From Callorhinchus milii (Eukaryota), in the NCBI RefSeq assembly GCF_018977255.1, contig NW_024704743.1:80106001-80170000 (forward strand): a stretch of 64,000 nucleotides of DNA, given 5' to 3'. The translations under genes and the position numbers were made by a program. The notes under the pieces were generated by a model that saw only the letters and a list, made by a program, of their open reading frames with translations, was not told the DNA's origin and did no database searches. Below are positions 62,574 through 64,000 of this stretch, piece after piece (positions within the stretch are counted from its first letter, which is position 1; every line of letters begins with the position of its first letter).

Positions 62574-63262
62574 ATGTGCTTCTGCATTGCCCAGTATTAT
62601 ATAATGGCTGGAGAGTCACTACCCCATTTGAATAGCATAATAGCAATATGTAGTCTACTGTTTTTGGTGCTTGATGGCATATTTAGCATTTTGGATCAAT
62701 TATTATTATCTGTTCTGAAATATTAGATTTCTTCATTCATTCCTCAAGGCAGACCATGGAACTAAACATTCCCGGACTTGCACACAACAGTTTGATTTGA
62801 AGACTTCCCCACTTGATTTCCACTCCTGATCATGGCGATTAGTATTTGAGTACAGCTAAAAATAAGATACTGACTCAACATGGTTGGAATTGTGTGAAGG
62901 AGCACTCAAACGTCGACCATGGGATGGAAAATAAATTAAGGTGGCTTAGCAATATCTTTGGAAATAAGCTTTGAAACAAACCATTGAGTCAAAGATGAGG
63001 TGAGGGAATGTGTTTACAGACAACTGTTTAGAAATGGATTGGATTTCATAACCAATTCATAATTTTCACTCCAAATCTGTTATGACATGTATTTTTCTCC
63101 CATTGCATGTTAGATCTTAATGGCTCCGAATTATGAACAAATATTGGTATTATTTTACTTAACTTTCAACTTTTTATTAACACTTAACTTTGTACTTAAC
63201 CGAGTAAATATTGGTCTTGCTTAACTTGCATCTTTCTGTTAACGTTTGATTTTGTGTTATAG

Positions 63263-63354
63263 GTGTGGATTTGAGCGATTGCCCTGAGGGCAGAAGAGAT
63301 GGGTGATTCATATAGTTTTGAGAATCCGTGAGATAACCGCAATTGAATTCAGAG
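63263..63354 (+). other. Candidate non-coding exon (92 nt)
   Basis: T-rich tract + TAG|G acceptor and GAG|GTAAAC donor; stops in all three frames. Confidence 0.3.
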
Positions 63355-63721
63355 GTAAACGTGCATTGATTCTTATATCATACTGGCTATGCCCGTGGGA
63401 TTGTTATTCCAATTCCATGGAATTGTTACTAGAACATACATAAAAGGGATCAAAAGAGTATACAACGTAAAAGTTCCACCCTCATGTTAGAAACAAATAT
63501 TGACAGTGTTCGGAAATTGTTAACCCCATAGTTACCGACATGGTCAAGAGCATATTTTAAGGACTGAATCTCACTGTGTGTTTCGTGGGAGAACCTGGCA
63601 GCCAATTTGCGCACAGCAGTGCCCCAAAAACAGCCATGAAATAAATGGCCAATTATATTTTGGGAGGATTTGTTGGCTAGACAGCAGAAGAAACTCCCTT
63701 CTCTTTTTGAATACTGCCATA

Positions 63722-63970
63722 CGAAACCCTGGGCAAGTTTCCTTACTCCACATGCCTAGTAATAATCACTACAAAACACAAAACAATAATAAATTGGTCA
63801 TTTTCAATCCACAACTTTTTGTGGGACACTGTTGTGCGCAATTGGCTGCTGCGTTTCGCCCACAAATATACAGTCAATTCACTTTACAGCATATTCTGTG
63901 AAGCGCTTTGAGATGTCTAGAAGACGTGAAAAGCGCTATATTCAAATGCAAGGATTATTATTATTATTAT
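63722..63970 (+). mobile_element. 5'-truncated young SINE inserted into a minus-strand Deu-SINE (63570-64000)
   Basis: Deu core breaks at AATACTGCCAT and resumes CCACCTGAACAGGCAGACAGGACCTC. Confidence 0.9.
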
Positions 63971-64000
63971 CCACCTGAACAGGCAGACAGGACCTCCGCT

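Overview
Eukaryotic, intergenic or intronic vertebrate DNA dominated by interspersed repeats. The repeat content (L2 and CR1 LINEs, Deu-domain SINEs, a young tRNA-Ala-headed SINE with a (TTA)n tail, Penelope and Tx1 remnants) points to a cartilaginous fish, probably a holocephalan such as Callorhinchus; that assignment is inference from recalled repeat consensus sequences. I could not recognise any host protein-coding gene, rRNA or true tRNA. The recognisable ORFs in the track are decayed retroelement reading frames or their antisense shadows, and the rest match nothing I know. I found no clearly novel biological system. The best leads are: (i) an unclassified repeat family of about 600 bp with six copies; (ii) a 24-bp minisatellite carrying forkhead-like motifs and a 43-aa repetitive small ORF; (iii) a hAT MITE nested inside another hAT MITE, both with 8-bp TSDs; (iv) a chimeric SINE (tRNA head + CORE-like segment + Deu-SINE 3' half + L2 tail) seen in long and internally deleted forms; (v) several candidate non-coding exons, one preceded by six TTAAC motifs and flanked by inverted SINEs. 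Repeat boundaries were read by eye and are approximate unless a TSD is quoted.
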